This document shows positions 11,465 through 23,172 of a stretch of 64,000 nucleotides of DNA, in pieces. Source of the stretch: an uncultured delta proteobacterium. GTDB lineage: Bacteria > Desulfobacterota > Syntrophia > Syntrophales > UBA5619. The position numbers and the translations under genes are program-made. Numbering within the stretch: the stretch's first letter is position 1; each line of letters begins with the position of its first letter. Where the stretch lies: NCBI GenBank assembly GCA_963817385.1, contig CAWFOM010000008.1:64001-128000 (forward strand), read 5' to 3'. The notes under the pieces are model-generated. The model searched no databases and was not told where the DNA came from. It saw only the letters and a program-made list of their open reading frames with translations.

Positions 11465-12648
11465 GGGCGCCCGCATCCCGGACCATAACGAAGGCAACAT
11501 CTGCCATGACGGACCATCCTGAAGCGGGCAATCCCGCGGGCATCTACATCCACATCCCTTTTTGCGTGCAAAAATGCGGATACTGCGGCTTCTCCTCCAC
11601 GACAGACCGGGCGCTGATCCCCGATTTTCTCACGGCCCTGAGCAGAGAGGCGTTCTCCTACCGGGAGAAATGGGACCGATTCGATACCCTCTACATCGGC
11701 GGCGGGACCCCTTCCGTTCTTACGACGGATGATCTCGGGCGCATAATCGACACTATGCGAACGGCTTTCACGATCGCATCCGCTGCGGAGATCACCGTTG
11801 AAGTCAACCCCGGCGACATCAATGCGGCATATCTCCGGAGGATGCGCGTCGCCGGCGTGAACCGTCTCAATATCGGCTGCCAGTCATTCGACGACACAAC
11901 TCTCGGCTTCTTGGGCCGCCGCCATACGGCCCGGCAGGCGGGTGAGTCCATCCGCCTGGTCCGTGAGGCGGGTTTCGATAATTTCGGCATCGATCTCATC
12001 TACGGCATCCCCGGCCAGTCGATTGCCAACTGGAATGAAACCCTCGGGGAAGCCCTCTCCTTCGCGCCCGATCATCTCTCCTGCTACCAGCTCACCATCG
12101 AGGAGGGTACACCGCTCGCCGAGCTGCAACGGAAGGGAGAAGTTACCCTGCCCGGCGACGCGATCCAGGCCGATTTTTTCCTGATGACCTCCCGGATACT
12201 CGAAGAGGGCGGATACGATCACTATGAGGTTTCAAATTTCGCCCGCCTCTCCGAAACGCAATCACGTCACAATAAGAAATACTGGAACCATACTCCTTAT
12301 CTCGGCCTCGGCCCTGCCGCCCATTCCTTCGACGGCCGCGGACGCTGGTGGAACACCCGCTCCGTCGACGCCTACGTCGGTGAGCTTGCCGCGGGACGCC
12401 CGCCCGTGGCAGCTTCGGAGCTGCTCACCCCGGACCAACTGCGGATGGAAGCCCTGTTCCTCGGTTTTCGGACCAAGCGGGGGGTGGATCTGGGGGATTT
12501 CAAGAGGCGCTTCGGCTGTGATCTCGTTAAAGAAAAAAGGAAGATTCTGAAAACGCTCGCGGAGGAGGGTCTGGTGGAGATCCGGGACGGTTTTCTGCGG
12601 CCAACGCGCGCGGGGATGGCCGTGGCCGACAGCTTGGCCCTGATTTGA
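11461..12648 (+). CDS. hemW: Radical SAM heme chaperone HemW (start may be ATG 11506)
   Basis: YIHIPFCVQKCGYC, GGGTPS, HYEVSNF, HNKKYW; follows lepA. Confidence 0.9.
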   Translation: MRAPASRTITKATSAMTDHPEAGNPAGIYIHIPFCVQKCGYCGFSSTTDRALIPDFLTALSREAFSYREKWDRFDTLYIGGGTPSVLTTDDLGRIIDTMRTAFTIASAAEITVEVNPGDINAAYLRRMRVAGVNRLNIGCQSFDDTTLGFLGRRHTARQAGESIRLVREAGFDNFGIDLIYGIPGQSIANWNETLGEALSFAPDHLSCYQLTIEEGTPLAELQRKGEVTLPGDAIQADFFLMTSRILEEGGYDHYEVSNFARLSETQSRHNKKYWNHTPYLGLGPAAHSFDGRGRWWNTRSVDAYVGELAAGRPPVAASELLTPDQLRMEALFLGFRTKRGVDLGDFKRRFGCDLVKEKRKILKTLAEEGLVEIRDGFLRPTRAGMAVADSLALI

Positions 12649-12763
12649 GGTGGGCTGTTTTACCCGGTAAACGATTTCCTCTTCCCCGACGTTGGTTCCC
12701 GAGACAGGCAGAATCCGGGCGGCGACGGCCGGTGCCCCCTCCGGACCACCCCGGTCACGGCGG

Positions 12764-13126
12764 TTACGGCCGATCTGATTTCCTGTCGATATCAGGATTA
12801 TCTCCGTTTTTCCGGAAGTGTTTCACGAGGACATTGATTCCCACCAGAATCAGAAGGAGCGGGAGAAGGAAGGTTGCAATGGCGTAGATCTTCACCTCCA
12901 GGTTCTCTGAGATGAGAAAGATCAGACCGACACAACCGATGACCCACCCCCCGAGGTCATTCGCGCGTTGGAGCAGCGTCCCCAAGGCGATGACGATCAA
13001 AAGCAGGGGCCAGCTTTGACCAAAGCTCCAGACGTTCATCTTGCCCAGGATAATCAGTATCCCAAGCGTTATCATGATCATGCCTCCCGTCAGAATGCTT
13101 CTTTTTTCTCTCTGTTTCGCGGCCAT
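12764..13126 (-). CDS. Small 4-TM membrane protein (LiaF/LiaI-like, DUF5668-type)
   Basis: WPLLLIVIALG motif, four hydrophobic segments, AAGGAGG SD. Confidence 0.65.
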   Translation of the reverse strand: MAAKQREKRSILTGGMIMITLGILIILGKMNVWSFGQSWPLLLIVIALGTLLQRANDLGGWVIGCVGLIFLISENLEVKIYAIATFLLPLLLILVGINVLVKHFRKNGDNPDIDRKSDRP

Positions 13127-13269
13127 GGCATGACCTCCTTTCCTTAGCACACGGACACCCGGTGACCTTCACCGCATGTGTCGCTTTTCCCCGGTAAGCC
13201 GTACGGTTCACCGAAGGAGGGTCGGCAAACGATAAACCGGGCGGTAAAGCTGCTCCCGTCGGCTCGTCA

Positions 13270-14028
13270 TCATAACTTCTCCGCCAATTTCAGGAATGGT
13301 TTGAACAGATCGATCGGAATGGGGAAGACCGTCGTGGAGTTATTCTCCGCCGCGATCTGGTTTAGGGTCTGGAGATAGCGGAGCTGGAGCGACATCGGCT
13401 GCGTCTCCATGAGGGCCGCCGCCTCGATCAGCTTCTGGGCCGCCTGGAACTCACCTTCCGCATTGATCACCTTTGCCCGCCGTTCCCGTTCCGCTTCAGC
13501 CTGTTTGGCAATCGCCCGTTTCATCTCCTCGGGCAAGTCAATCTGCTTGACCTCGACGTGGGAAACCTTGATCCCCCAGGGTTCAGTGCTCCTATCCAGG
13601 ATCTCCTGGAGACGGAGGTTGATCTTCTCCCGCTCGGAGAGGATCTCGTCAAGTTCCATCTGGCCGCAGACGCTCCGGAGGGTCGTCTGGGAGAGCTGCG
13701 AGGTGGCGTAAAGGTAATTCTCCACGTCGATCACGGCCGCGTTCGCGTCGATGACGCGGAAATAGACGACGGCGTTCACCTTGATCGAGACGTTGTCCCG
13801 GGTGATGACATCCTGAGGCGGGATATCCATCGTGATCGTCCGCATGTCGATCTTGACCATCTTATCGACGATGGGGATCAGGATGATGAGCCCCGGCCCC
13901 TTCGTGGCGATGACCCTTCCCAGACGGAAGATGACCCCCCGCTCGTACTCGTTGAGAATGCGGATGGCCGAAGCGAGGAACATGACGACCAAAACGACGA
14001 TGACGATGACTGGATACATTTCTGACAT
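13270..14028 (-). CDS. SPFH/stomatin-like (slipin) protein
   Basis: [42 protein letters not shown]. Confidence 0.95.
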   Translation of the reverse strand: MSEMYPVIVIVVLVVMFLASAIRILNEYERGVIFRLGRVIATKGPGLIILIPIVDKMVKIDMRTITMDIPPQDVITRDNVSIKVNAVVYFRVIDANAAVIDVENYLYATSQLSQTTLRSVCGQMELDEILSEREKINLRLQEILDRSTEPWGIKVSHVEVKQIDLPEEMKRAIAKQAEAERERRAKVINAEGEFQAAQKLIEAAALMETQPMSLQLRYLQTLNQIAAENNSTTVFPIPIDLFKPFLKLAEKL

Positions 14029-14041
14029 GACTGACCTCCCT

Positions 14042-15367
14042 TTACTTTTCTATGGGTTCTATCCTGACTTTCAGATTCTCCACACGGATCACCCGGACCT
14101 TGGCGCCCTTCGCCACGGGAACGTCGCTTACCGCGCTCCAGTACTCCCCGTGGATCATGACCTTTCCTTCTTCGAAGACATCGGTCACCGCCTCTCCCTC
14201 TTCGCCCGCCATCCCCTCCTGCCCGCCCTGCGTTTTCCGCAACTGGGACCTGACGGCGATTACGATGATGGCGATGAAAAAGAGCGACGTGACCGTCACC
14301 GCCGGGATCAGGACGCTCCAGGAAATCCGGAGGGAGGGGTCAGGGGTTTCGAAAAGCATCAGGGAACCGATGACGAGCGAGACGATCCCCCCAACGGTGA
14401 GGATCCCGTGGCTGACGACCTTGATCTCCGCGATGAAAAGGATGATGCTGAAGATGATCAGGGCAATCCCCGCATAGTTCACGGGGAGGGTCTGCATGGC
14501 AAAAAAGGCCATGATCAGACAAATGCCCCCGATCACGCCGGGAAGGATGACGCCTGGCGTGGAAAACTCGAAGTAGAGGCCGGCAAGGCCGATCAGGAGG
14601 AGGATGTAAGCGATGTTCGGATCGCTCAGCGCCGAGAGGATCTTCTGGCGGCTCCCCATCTTCTTTTCAAGTAGCACCGCGCCGTGCGTCCTGAGGACCT
14701 TTTTCCCGCCGGGGAGAGAGACTTCCCGGCCGTCGGCCTGCGCAAGCAACTGGCTGATATCGGTCGCCACCATGTCGATGACCTTGAGGCGAAGCGCCTC
14801 TTCGGCGGTGATCGATTCGCTCTTCCGGACCGCCTTTGCGACCCACTCTTCGTTTCTCCCCCGCTTTTTTGCAATGCCCTGGACATAGGCGACCGCATCG
14901 TTTTCCACTTTGGCGCTCATCGTCTTGTCCATCGCCCCCCCGATCCCCAGGCCGACAGGGTGAGCGGCGCCGATGTTCGTTCCCGGGGCCATCGCCGCGA
15001 TGTGCGCGGAGATCGTGATGATGACGCCGGCTGATGCCGCTCTCGCCCCGGCCGGTGCCACATAGACGATCACGGGGATGGGAGCGTTCAGGATCCCCTT
15101 GGCAATGTCCCGCATCGCCAGATCCAGGCCGCCCGGTGTATCAAGACGGATGATCAACCCCTCCACACCGCTCTGAGCGGCTTCTGCTATGCTTTGGATG
15201 ATATACTCGGCGATGGGAGGTGTGATCGTGGCGTTGACCGTGATCACGTCAAAGACCGGCGCCTTCGGCGCTGCCATCACCGGGTGCGCGGCGAGGACGA
15301 AAAACAGGAGCAGTGTGGTAATCTTGAGAACCGCGCAGATTCCCCTTCCCGCCATCTGTATTCTCAT
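14042..15367 (-). CDS. nfeD: NfeD membrane-bound serine protease, slipin partner (start 15367 or 15406)
   Basis: [29 protein letters not shown] block, C-terminal OB fold (GEYWSA). Confidence 0.92.
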   Translation of the reverse strand: MRIQMAGRGICAVLKITTLLLFFVLAAHPVMAAPKAPVFDVITVNATITPPIAEYIIQSIAEAAQSGVEGLIIRLDTPGGLDLAMRDIAKGILNAPIPVIVYVAPAGARAASAGVIITISAHIAAMAPGTNIGAAHPVGLGIGGAMDKTMSAKVENDAVAYVQGIAKKRGRNEEWVAKAVRKSESITAEEALRLKVIDMVATDISQLLAQADGREVSLPGGKKVLRTHGAVLLEKKMGSRQKILSALSDPNIAYILLLIGLAGLYFEFSTPGVILPGVIGGICLIMAFFAMQTLPVNYAGIALIIFSIILFIAEIKVVSHGILTVGGIVSLVIGSLMLFETPDPSLRISWSVLIPAVTVTSLFFIAIIVIAVRSQLRKTQGGQEGMAGEEGEAVTDVFEEGKVMIHGEYWSAVSDVPVAKGAKVRVIRVENLKVRIEPIEK

Positions 15368-15405
15368 ATCGTTCAGCCCCTTTCTCTTTTCACGCCTTCG
15401 TCCCA

Positions 15406-16147
15406 TTATTTCGCATCGCCCCGGAGAGACTTCATGACCATCTGGACATCCTCCCAGACCTGTTTCTTCGCCCCGGGGTTTCTCAGCAGATACGCCGGAT
15501 GGTAGGTCGGCATCAGCGGAATCCCCTGATAGGTGTGGAAACACCCCCGCAGGACGCTGATGGGCGCTTCCGACTTCAGCAGGGTGTGGGCCGCAAAGGT
15601 TCCCAGTGCGCAGATCACCTTCGGACGGATCATCTGAAGCTGCCTGATCAGAAACGGCTCGCAGGCGGCGATCTCGTCCGGCTGGGGATTGCGATTCCCG
15701 GGCGGGCGGCACTTCAGGATGTTGCATATGTAGACTTCCTCCCTTTTGAGCCCCATCGCCCCGACGATCTTCGTCAGGAGTTGCCCGGCTCGCCCCACAA
15801 ACGGTCGCCCTTGGGCGTCTTCGTCCGCGCCCGGCGCCTCGCCGACAAAGACCAGTTCCGCCCGGGAAGAGCCCTCGCCGAAGACGAGACGGTGTCTCGT
15901 CTGATGCAGCAGGCAGCGCCGGCAGTCGCCGAGTTCCTCCCGGACCGTCTCCAGTGCACAACGATCCGCGCCGGCATGATCCTCCACCATCGGAGCCATT
16001 GCCTCCGCTGGCATCCGCTTCACCGCCGCCCTTATTCCGGAAGAGATAGGAGAGGGGTCTCCCCCCCGCCCTGTCAACACGCACCCGTTCCGAGAGAGAT
16101 CGTACGAGGTGCAGGAGCTCTTCCCTCGGTTCAGCTTCAGCGCTCAT
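15406..16147 (-). CDS. Uracil-DNA glycosylase family 4, with an apparent frameshift in a G7 run near its 5' end
   Basis: CRRC, VFGEG, GEAPGADEDAQGRPFVG, KCRPPGNRNP, TYHPAYLLR; the ATG at 16147 overlapping the coaBC end is out of frame with the catalytic domain. Confidence 0.88.
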
Positions 16148-17351
16148 TACGTATCATCCCGCCATCTCGAATCTTCTTCACCCGATCGAGGATGACACCG
16201 GCCACCTCCTGCTTGTCCATCAAGGGAAATGTCTCCACGGCACCCTCCCGGTCCATGATCCGGATGATATTGGTATCGGTCCGGAAGCCGGCCCCCGGCT
16301 CGGTCAGGTCGTTGGCTACGATAAAATCCATCCCCTTCTCCATTAGTTTGGTCCGGGCGTTTTCGATCAGATGGTCGGATTCCATCGAGAAACCGACGAC
16401 GATGCGGCTTCCCTTCGCCTGGCCGATCTCGGAGATGATGTCCGGGTTCCTCTCCAGACGTACGGTGAGCGGCCCCTCTTTCTTCTTGATTTTGATCGCC
16501 TGGCGGACCTCGGGCCGGTAATCGGACACGGCGGCGGCCTTGATCACAACCGTCGCCTCCTCCAGGCGGGCCATCACGGCATCACGCATCTCGAGGGCCG
16601 TCTTCACCGGGATGAATTCGATGCCGCGCGGAACGGAAAGTGCCGTCGGTCCGCTGATCAGCGTCACGGCAGCCCCTCTTCTCCTGGCGATAACCGCCAG
16701 GGCATATCCCATTTTGCCGGATGAGTAGTTGGTGATATACCGGACCGGATCGAATGGCTCCTGCGTGGGTCCCGCCGTCACGAGGATCCTCTCTTGACGA
16801 AGATCCTTCGGCGAGAGAATCGCCTCGATCTCTTCGACGATCTCCGGCGCATCCGGAAGCCTCCCCTGACCTTCGGTCCGACAGGCCAGCTCCCCGTACC
16901 CCGGCTCCAGGAGGGTATGGCCGCGGGAAACCAGCCGCTCAAGATTTTCCTTCACGATGGCATTTGCATACATTTTATCATTCATCGCCGGACAGATGAG
17001 GACGGGTGCGGTTGTCGCCATCAGGACCGTAGTCAGGAGATCGTCGGCAATACCTGCGGCCATCTTGCCGATGATGTTGGCCGTCGCCGGCGCGACGACG
17101 AGAATTTCGGCAAATTCGGCCAGCTTGATGTGGTCGATCTCATAGCGTCCGGTTAGCTGGAAGAGTTCCTTAGAAACCGGATTGCCGGACAGGGTCTCGA
17201 AGGTTAGCGGCGCGACGAACTCGCAGGCATGGTCGGTCATGACCACCCGGACATTCGCCCCGCGCCGCACCAACTCCCTGACCAGCTCGGCAGCCTTGTA
17301 TACGGCAATACCGCCGGTGACACCCAGAACGATTCGTCTCTCCTTCAACAT
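16137..17351 (-). CDS. coaBC: Bifunctional PPC decarboxylase / PPC synthetase
   Basis: GVTGGIAVYK, APATAN, PAMN, TAGPTQEPFDPVRYITNYSSGKMG. Confidence 0.97.
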   Translation of the reverse strand: MLKERRIVLGVTGGIAVYKAAELVRELVRRGANVRVVMTDHACEFVAPLTFETLSGNPVSKELFQLTGRYEIDHIKLAEFAEILVVAPATANIIGKMAAGIADDLLTTVLMATTAPVLICPAMNDKMYANAIVKENLERLVSRGHTLLEPGYGELACRTEGQGRLPDAPEIVEEIEAILSPKDLRQERILVTAGPTQEPFDPVRYITNYSSGKMGYALAVIARRRGAAVTLISGPTALSVPRGIEFIPVKTALEMRDAVMARLEEATVVIKAAAVSDYRPEVRQAIKIKKKEGPLTVRLERNPDIISEIGQAKGSRIVVGFSMESDHLIENARTKLMEKGMDFIVANDLTEPGAGFRTDTNIIRIMDREGAVETFPLMDKQEVAGVILDRVKKIRDGGMIRNER

Positions 17352-17581
17352 GACGGTGCTCCTCTTTGAGCAGTGGAGTGAATAATTCTGTTAAACATAT
17401 AGCAATTATGCCAATTAAGATCAAGGAATTCATGCCATGCGGAATCAGCCGCGGTTTTTCGCCTTGCAAAACGACCTCAAAGTGACTATACCGCTCTCAA
17501 TCGAAGCTCTCCGCAGCAACCGGCTGAGGATCTTCGATCCTTCAGGGACAGTTCCTGATTCACCGCGGAGGGATAACGGTC

Positions 17582-18910
17582 ATGAAAAGGCACTTCTGGT
17601 TTACGATCACGGGCTTAATCCTGCTTATGGCAGGCGGATGCGCATGGTTTTTCATGACGATCGGGGAGGGCGACAGTCCTCAGGTCATTACCGAGGGGGA
17701 CCCCGGCATGCTCGGAAGACAGAAACTTCTCGCAGTCACCTTTTCGGATGCGGGGATGGGACTCCGCCATACGGAGATCATCATCACCCAGGACAACCGC
17801 CCCCGCGTCCTGTCTTCCCTCGAATATCCGGAGGCCGGCATCCGGCGGAAAGCGCTCTCCATCGCGGTGGATACTGCAGCCCTGAAGTTGCACGACGGCC
17901 CTGCTACTGTGACCCTGACGGCCGTCGATCATTCTCTCTGGAAGAACCGGACCGTGGTGGAACGGCCGGTGACGATCGACCTCCTACCGCCCCAGATCTT
18001 CCCGCTTAATCCCGCAAACCACATCAATCCAGGAGGTTCCTGTGTGGTTGCCTATCACCTGTCGGAGGCGGCTTCCCAGACGGGCGTCCAGGTCGGCAAT
18101 CTCTTCTACCCGGGCTATCCCGTCACGCTCTCGGGGAAACCCGGTTATGCGGCATATTTCGCCCTTCCGATGGATGCGTCGCCGGGTACGCCGCAAATCC
18201 GCATCATGGCTCGCGATCGGGCCGAGAATGAAACCCTGAGCGCTATCCCCGCCTTGATCCTGAAACGGAAATTCCGCAGCGACACGATGGTCCTTTCCGA
18301 CGCCTTCCTGGGGCAGAAGACACCGGAATTTCAGGCAATGATTCCCGCGCTCAGGGGTAAAACGGCCATTGAAACCTTTATCTACGTCAACACCCGGCTT
18401 CGCGACGAAAACCTTCAGACCATCCAGTCCGTGTGCCGGAAGTCGGAACCGCGACAGCTCTGGCAGGAGACCTTCATCCGGATGAAAAACGCCGCCCCCA
18501 TGGCACTTTTCGGCGACCGCCGGACCTATCTCTATGGCGGAAAACCGGCGGGCGAAAGCATCCATACGGGGGTGGACCTCGCATCCCTGGCCCACGCTCC
18601 GATCGAGGCCGCCAACGCCGGCATCGTACGTTTCGCCGGCCCGCTCGGGATCTACGGCAATGCCATCATCATCGATCATGGTCTCGGGCTGGCAACCCTT
18701 TACGGCCACCTGAGCGCCATCGCGGTCCGCCCGGATCAGAGCGTGAAGCGGGGCGAGGCCATCGGTACGTCGGGCGCAAGCGGGCTCGCCGGCGGGGATC
18801 ACCTCCATTTCAGCGTTATGGTCAATGGGCAGTTCGTCGATCCCCGTGAATGGTGGGACCCCCACTGGATTGAAGACAACGTTACGAAGAAGTTGGCGGC
18901 GGGTTCTTAG
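17582..18910 (+). CDS. M23 metallo-endopeptidase with N-terminal membrane anchor
   Basis: HTGVD and HLH zinc motifs, [16 protein letters not shown]. Confidence 0.93.
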   Translation: MKRHFWFTITGLILLMAGGCAWFFMTIGEGDSPQVITEGDPGMLGRQKLLAVTFSDAGMGLRHTEIIITQDNRPRVLSSLEYPEAGIRRKALSIAVDTAALKLHDGPATVTLTAVDHSLWKNRTVVERPVTIDLLPPQIFPLNPANHINPGGSCVVAYHLSEAASQTGVQVGNLFYPGYPVTLSGKPGYAAYFALPMDASPGTPQIRIMARDRAENETLSAIPALILKRKFRSDTMVLSDAFLGQKTPEFQAMIPALRGKTAIETFIYVNTRLRDENLQTIQSVCRKSEPRQLWQETFIRMKNAAPMALFGDRRTYLYGGKPAGESIHTGVDLASLAHAPIEAANAGIVRFAGPLGIYGNAIIIDHGLGLATLYGHLSAIAVRPDQSVKRGEAIGTSGASGLAGGDHLHFSVMVNGQFVDPREWWDPHWIEDNVTKKLAAGS

Positions 18911-19773
18911 GATTTACCGATGTCCCGGTGGGCAATGTTTACGAAATAGCCTTTGTCGGCAAAGTAGGCCCCCAGATGGTTGGCCATAACGACGGAACGG
19001 TGATGGCCGCCTGTGCAGCCGAGGGCGATGTTGAAGCGGGACTTTCCTTCCTTCTCGTAAAGTGGAATGAGAAACGCCATCAGATCGAACAACTTCCTGA
19101 TAAAGATCTTTCCTCCTTCCGATTCAAGGACATAATCCCTGACCCGGGGGTCATGACCATCGCAGTAACGCAACTCGTCGTTGAAATGAGGATTGGGAAG
19201 GAAACGGACATCCAGAACCATGTCCGCATCTGCCGGCAACCCGTAGCGGTAACCGAAAGAGATCACGTGGATCACGAGTCTCTTCCCCGACTTTGTCCCA
19301 AGGAAGTAGTGTTGGACGACGTCCTTGAGCTGATGAACATTGCAGGAAGTGGTATCGATTACCTTGTCGGCCATCCGCTTCATCGATGCAAGTTTTTCCC
19401 GCTCCAGGCTGATGCCGTCCATAAGAGAACCACGCGGGGCGAGCGGATGCGATCGTCGTGTCTCGCTGAATCGGTGCAGGATCGCCTCGTCGGTAGCATC
19501 GAAAAAGAGGACTTTGATCCGGTAACCCTTTTCCTTAAGGCGGGTGAAGATCCGCGCGTATTTCGCCAGGAATCCCCTCTCCCGAAGATCCATGACCATT
19601 GCGACCCGCTTGATCTCCTTGGCGGGATCGGACTGGATCTCCAGAAATTTGGGCAAGAGAACCACCGGCAGGTTATCGACACAGAAAAAGCCGATGTCCT
19701 CGAGGGCCCTCAGGGCGGTACTTTTCCCTGACCCGGATAGTCCCGTTATGATAACCACTCGCAGCTGTTTCAT
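18907..19773 (-). CDS. rapZ: RNase adapter RapZ
   Basis: [34 protein letters not shown]. Confidence 0.96.
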   Translation of the reverse strand: MKQLRVVIITGLSGSGKSTALRALEDIGFFCVDNLPVVLLPKFLEIQSDPAKEIKRVAMVMDLRERGFLAKYARIFTRLKEKGYRIKVLFFDATDEAILHRFSETRRSHPLAPRGSLMDGISLEREKLASMKRMADKVIDTTSCNVHQLKDVVQHYFLGTKSGKRLVIHVISFGYRYGLPADADMVLDVRFLPNPHFNDELRYCDGHDPRVRDYVLESEGGKIFIRKLFDLMAFLIPLYEKEGKSRFNIALGCTGGHHRSVVMANHLGAYFADKGYFVNIAHRDIGKS

Positions 19774-19797
19774 TATCCGTTCCTTGCGGACATATCG

Positions 19798-20259
19798 TTA
19801 CGACTCGTTATCCTTTTCGGCGATGATCCGCACGAGATCATCATGCATTTTTGCCTCCAGCAGGTTCCTCCTGAAAACTCCGTCCTTCATCATCCGGGAG
19901 ATCTTCGCCAGGGCTTTGAGATGCTGACCGGTCGAATTCGCCGGCGCCATGAGTAGGAAAAAGAGATGGGCTGGCTTGCCGTCCATTGCCTCAAAGTCGA
20001 TCCCCTGCCTGCTCCTGCCGAAGGCAATCACCATCTCATCGAGACCCGCGATCTTGCCGTGGGGAATGGCAATCCCGTCACCGATACCGGTGCTTCCGAG
20101 CTTCTCCCGCTCAAGGAGGACGTGTAGCATTGCCTCGGGATCGACCCTGCACTCTCCCTTCGCAAAGACGCCGGCCAGTTCCGCCAGCGTTTCGCGCTTG
20201 TTTCCCGCCTTCATCTCATACAGAATGAACTCTTTCCTGAGCATCTTCGCAATATTCAT
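19798..20259 (-). CDS. ptsN: PTS EIIA (nitrogen-regulatory type)
   Basis: REKLGSTGIGDGIAIPHG phospho-His motif; position in the rpoN operon. Confidence 0.9.
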   Translation of the reverse strand: MNIAKMLRKEFILYEMKAGNKRETLAELAGVFAKGECRVDPEAMLHVLLEREKLGSTGIGDGIAIPHGKIAGLDEMVIAFGRSRQGIDFEAMDGKPAHLFFLLMAPANSTGQHLKALAKISRMMKDGVFRRNLLEAKMHDDLVRIIAEKDNES

Positions 20260-20276
20260 GGTTCCTTCCCCAAACC

Positions 20277-20813
20277 TCAACGACTGATCTCCATCAGTGC
20301 GAATTTCCCATCTTCGCGACGATAGATGACGTTGACATTTTCCGTGGAGGAATCACGGTAGATCACAAACCGGTTTTTTGATGTCTCCATTTCCATGACC
20401 GCATCCTCAATGGACATCGGTTTCAACACGATTTTGCGGGTTTCGACCACCTTTGATTCCGGCGACTCGTCACCTTCTTCAGCCGCCAATTCGCCCTCGG
20501 CCGATCCGCTCCGGGAATGGTTGCTTTTGAAACCGCGGATCTTCTCCTTGTGTTTCTTCAGTTGCCGCTCGATCTTTTCAATGGCGTTGTCTATGGCCAA
20601 GTGCATATCCTTCTCTTCTTCCTTGCTGTTGACGTTCAAACCATTCGCCATCAGATTGATTTCCGCACTATTCCGGAATTTTTCAACCGAGAGGATGACA
20701 TGGGCATCCACCGGATTATCGATGTATCTCTTCAGTTTATTCAGCCGTTGCTCTACATATTCCTTCTGCCAGTCTTCCCCTTCTGCATTCCTGAAGGTTA
20801 CAGAAATTTTCAT
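20277..20813 (-). CDS. hpf: Long ribosome hibernation promoting factor
   Basis: AIDNAIEKIERQLKKHKEK and C-terminal KPMSIEDAVMEM...NVIYRREDG. Confidence 0.93.
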   Translation of the reverse strand: MKISVTFRNAEGEDWQKEYVEQRLNKLKRYIDNPVDAHVILSVEKFRNSAEINLMANGLNVNSKEEEKDMHLAIDNAIEKIERQLKKHKEKIRGFKSNHSRSGSAEGELAAEEGDESPESKVVETRKIVLKPMSIEDAVMEMETSKNRFVIYRDSSTENVNVIYRREDGKFALMEISR

Positions 20814-20919
20814 GATCATCTCCTCCTGTGTCTGATTTACCCGCTCCCGCCATCAGCCGGGTTATCTGTTGGATCGGCAATACCGTAGGCTATGCGTATT
20901 TGCTTGACTTGATCCCGCG

Positions 20920-22386
20920 TTAAAAATATTTCTTCCTCCGGGAAGACGGCAAAACGCCCATTACATCCCGGTATTTTGCAACAGTCCGCCGCGCAATCGA
21001 TATGCCCGAGGCCTTCTTAAGCCGCTCGACGATTTCCTGGTCACTGAATGGTTTCCGGTGATTTTCCTCGCTGATGATCTTTCGGATATCTTCCTGCACG
21101 CTCTTGGAGGCTACATCATCGCCGCCGGTCCGATGAATACTGCTACCGAAGAAGTACTTCATCTCGAAGATGCCCCGCGGGGTGTGCATATACTTGTTCG
21201 TTACGACACGACTGATCGTGGATTCGTGCATCTCTACGTCATCGGCTATATCCCGCAGGATCAGCGGCTTCAGAAAACTGATTCCCCCGTCGAAGAATTC
21301 CTTCTGATACCGGACGATGCTTTCGGCAACCCGATAAATCGTCTTTTGCCGCTGCTGGATACTCTTGATGAGCCAGGTTGCCGACTGCACTCGCTCCTTG
21401 ATGTACTTCTTCCCGTTTTCCGCCTTCATGCCGCCGCTCATTCCGCTCATGATCTCGCGATAGAAATTACTGATCCGGAGTCTCGGCAGACCATCTTCAT
21501 TGAGGACGATCTTGTAATCGTCACCGCTCCTGACGACATAGACGTCCGGGACGATCGCCTGGATGCGTTCCTCATTGTAGACGCTTCCCGGTTTGGGATC
21601 CATGTTGGTTATGATGACCACGGCCGCCAGAACGTCGTCAAGAGTCACCTTCAATTTCCTGGCGATATGGGCATAATTCTTGATCTCAAGATCCTTCAGA
21701 TGGCCGTTGATGATTTTTTCCACGAGAGGCTTTGCGCTCCCCAGCATCCTGGCCTGAATGAGGAGGCATTCCCGGAGATCACGGGCGGCAATCCCGAGAG
21801 GATCGAACTCCTGGACCTTCTTGAGCACCTCTTCCACCAGAGGCGGATCGAACTTCTCCTGAGCGGCAATCTCCTCCAGCGTGGCCATAAGATAGCCGTT
21901 CTGGTCAAGGTTCCCGACGATCTGTTCGCCGATACGCCGTTCATCATCGGTAAGCCGGGACAGCAGGAGTTGCCACATGAGATGGTCCGTAAGCGATGTT
22001 TTGTCGACGATGAGGTTATCCCAGGAAGGGGCGGTCCCTTCCTTCCGGTCGTACGTCACCCCCATAGGGCCGTAGTCTTCCACATAATTGTCCCAGTCGA
22101 ACTCCTCGCGGCCGTCTCCCTCTCCCGTCAGCTCCCCCGTCCGCTCCGGCGGAGGTGTGTCTTCCCGTGCGCCTTCCTCGGTCTGTTCGGGTTCGATCTT
22201 CTTTTCCGCTTCGGGATCCTCATCCGAGGCGATTTCCTCGAGGAGCGGATTCTCTTCGATTTCCTGGTTGACCGCATCAACCAGGTCCAGTCTCGACAAC
22301 TGCAGGAGTTTGATGGCCTGCTGGAGCTGGGGCGTCATGATCAGCTGCTGGGTCAGTTTCAGATTCTGTTTGAGTTCAAAAGCCAT
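20920..22386 (-). CDS. rpoN: RNA polymerase sigma-54 factor
   Basis: MTPQLQQAIKLLQLS, HESTISRV, RpoN box ARRTVAKYR. Confidence 0.98.
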   Translation of the reverse strand: MAFELKQNLKLTQQLIMTPQLQQAIKLLQLSRLDLVDAVNQEIEENPLLEEIASDEDPEAEKKIEPEQTEEGAREDTPPPERTGELTGEGDGREEFDWDNYVEDYGPMGVTYDRKEGTAPSWDNLIVDKTSLTDHLMWQLLLSRLTDDERRIGEQIVGNLDQNGYLMATLEEIAAQEKFDPPLVEEVLKKVQEFDPLGIAARDLRECLLIQARMLGSAKPLVEKIINGHLKDLEIKNYAHIARKLKVTLDDVLAAVVIITNMDPKPGSVYNEERIQAIVPDVYVVRSGDDYKIVLNEDGLPRLRISNFYREIMSGMSGGMKAENGKKYIKERVQSATWLIKSIQQRQKTIYRVAESIVRYQKEFFDGGISFLKPLILRDIADDVEMHESTISRVVTNKYMHTPRGIFEMKYFFGSSIHRTGGDDVASKSVQEDIRKIISEENHRKPFSDQEIVERLKKASGISIARRTVAKYRDVMGVLPSSRRKKYF

Positions 22387-22414
22387 GTTTCGACAGTATT
22401 ACCTTCCATTCCGA

Positions 22415-23137
22415 TCAGAATTTGAAGTCATCCCCGAAATAGATCTTTCGCGCAAGTTCACTGGCGGCGATCATCTCCGGCGTTCCCTCCACGAGAACCG
22501 ACCCTTCGCTCACGATATATGCCCGATCACATACGGAAAGGGTTTCGCGAACATTATGATCGGAGATAACCACCCCGATCCCCTTCATCTTGAGTTGGGC
22601 GATGATCTTCCCGATTTCCGCTACCGCTAAAGGGTCAATCCCCGCAAATGGTTCATCAAGGAGAATATATTTCGGCGCGGTGACGAGCGCCCTCGTTATC
22701 TCAACCCGCCTCCGTTCTCCCCCGGAAAGCGAATATGCCCTGATTCCCGCCAGCGCCGTCAGATCGAGTTCAGCCAACAGCGCGCGGAGACGCTCCTCTC
22801 GCTCCTCCGGAGTTATGGGTAGCGTCTCGAGAATGGCCATGATGTTCTCCCGCACCGTCAGCTTCCTGAAGATGGACGGTTCCTGCGGCAGGTAATTCAG
22901 CCCTCTCCGCGCTCGAATGTACATCGGACACTGGCTGAGATCCTCGCCGTCCAGGGAGATCATTCCGCCGTCCGGTTTGATGAGGCCGACAATCAGATAA
23001 AATGTCGTCGTCTTCCCGGCGCCGTTCGGTCCCAAGAGGCCTACGACTTCCCCCGGATTTATCTCCAGGTTTATTCCGTTGACCACCCTCCTGCCGGTGT
23101 AAATCTTGATCAGCCCTGCGGCAGTCAGCTTTCCCAT
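22415..23137 (-). CDS. lptB: LPS export ABC ATPase
   Basis: GPNGAGKTT, YLPQEPSIF, LSGGERRRVEI, LLDEPFAGIDP. Confidence 0.96.
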   Translation of the reverse strand: MGKLTAAGLIKIYTGRRVVNGINLEINPGEVVGLLGPNGAGKTTTFYLIVGLIKPDGGMISLDGEDLSQCPMYIRARRGLNYLPQEPSIFRKLTVRENIMAILETLPITPEEREERLRALLAELDLTALAGIRAYSLSGGERRRVEITRALVTAPKYILLDEPFAGIDPLAVAEIGKIIAQLKMKGIGVVISDHNVRETLSVCDRAYIVSEGSVLVEGTPEMIAASELARKIYFGDDFKF

Positions 23138-23172
23138 GCAGACATCACCAGGCACACCCGGAGGGACGGCCT

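Noticed and set aside
9401..11500. Long antisense ORFs (e.g. 699 aa opposite lepA, 722 aa opposite hppA, 504 aa opposite fusA)
   Set aside because: Shadow ORFs from high GC3 codon bias; no recognisable motifs.
14042..16147. 701-aa ORF as one long NfeD
   Set aside because: The first ~250 codons overlap the UDG gene in another frame and are low-complexity; NfeD-like sequence begins near 15367.
17401..17413. TGGCATAATTGCT upstream of coaBC as a sigma54 promoter
   Set aside because: GG-to-GC spacing is 3 nt too short.
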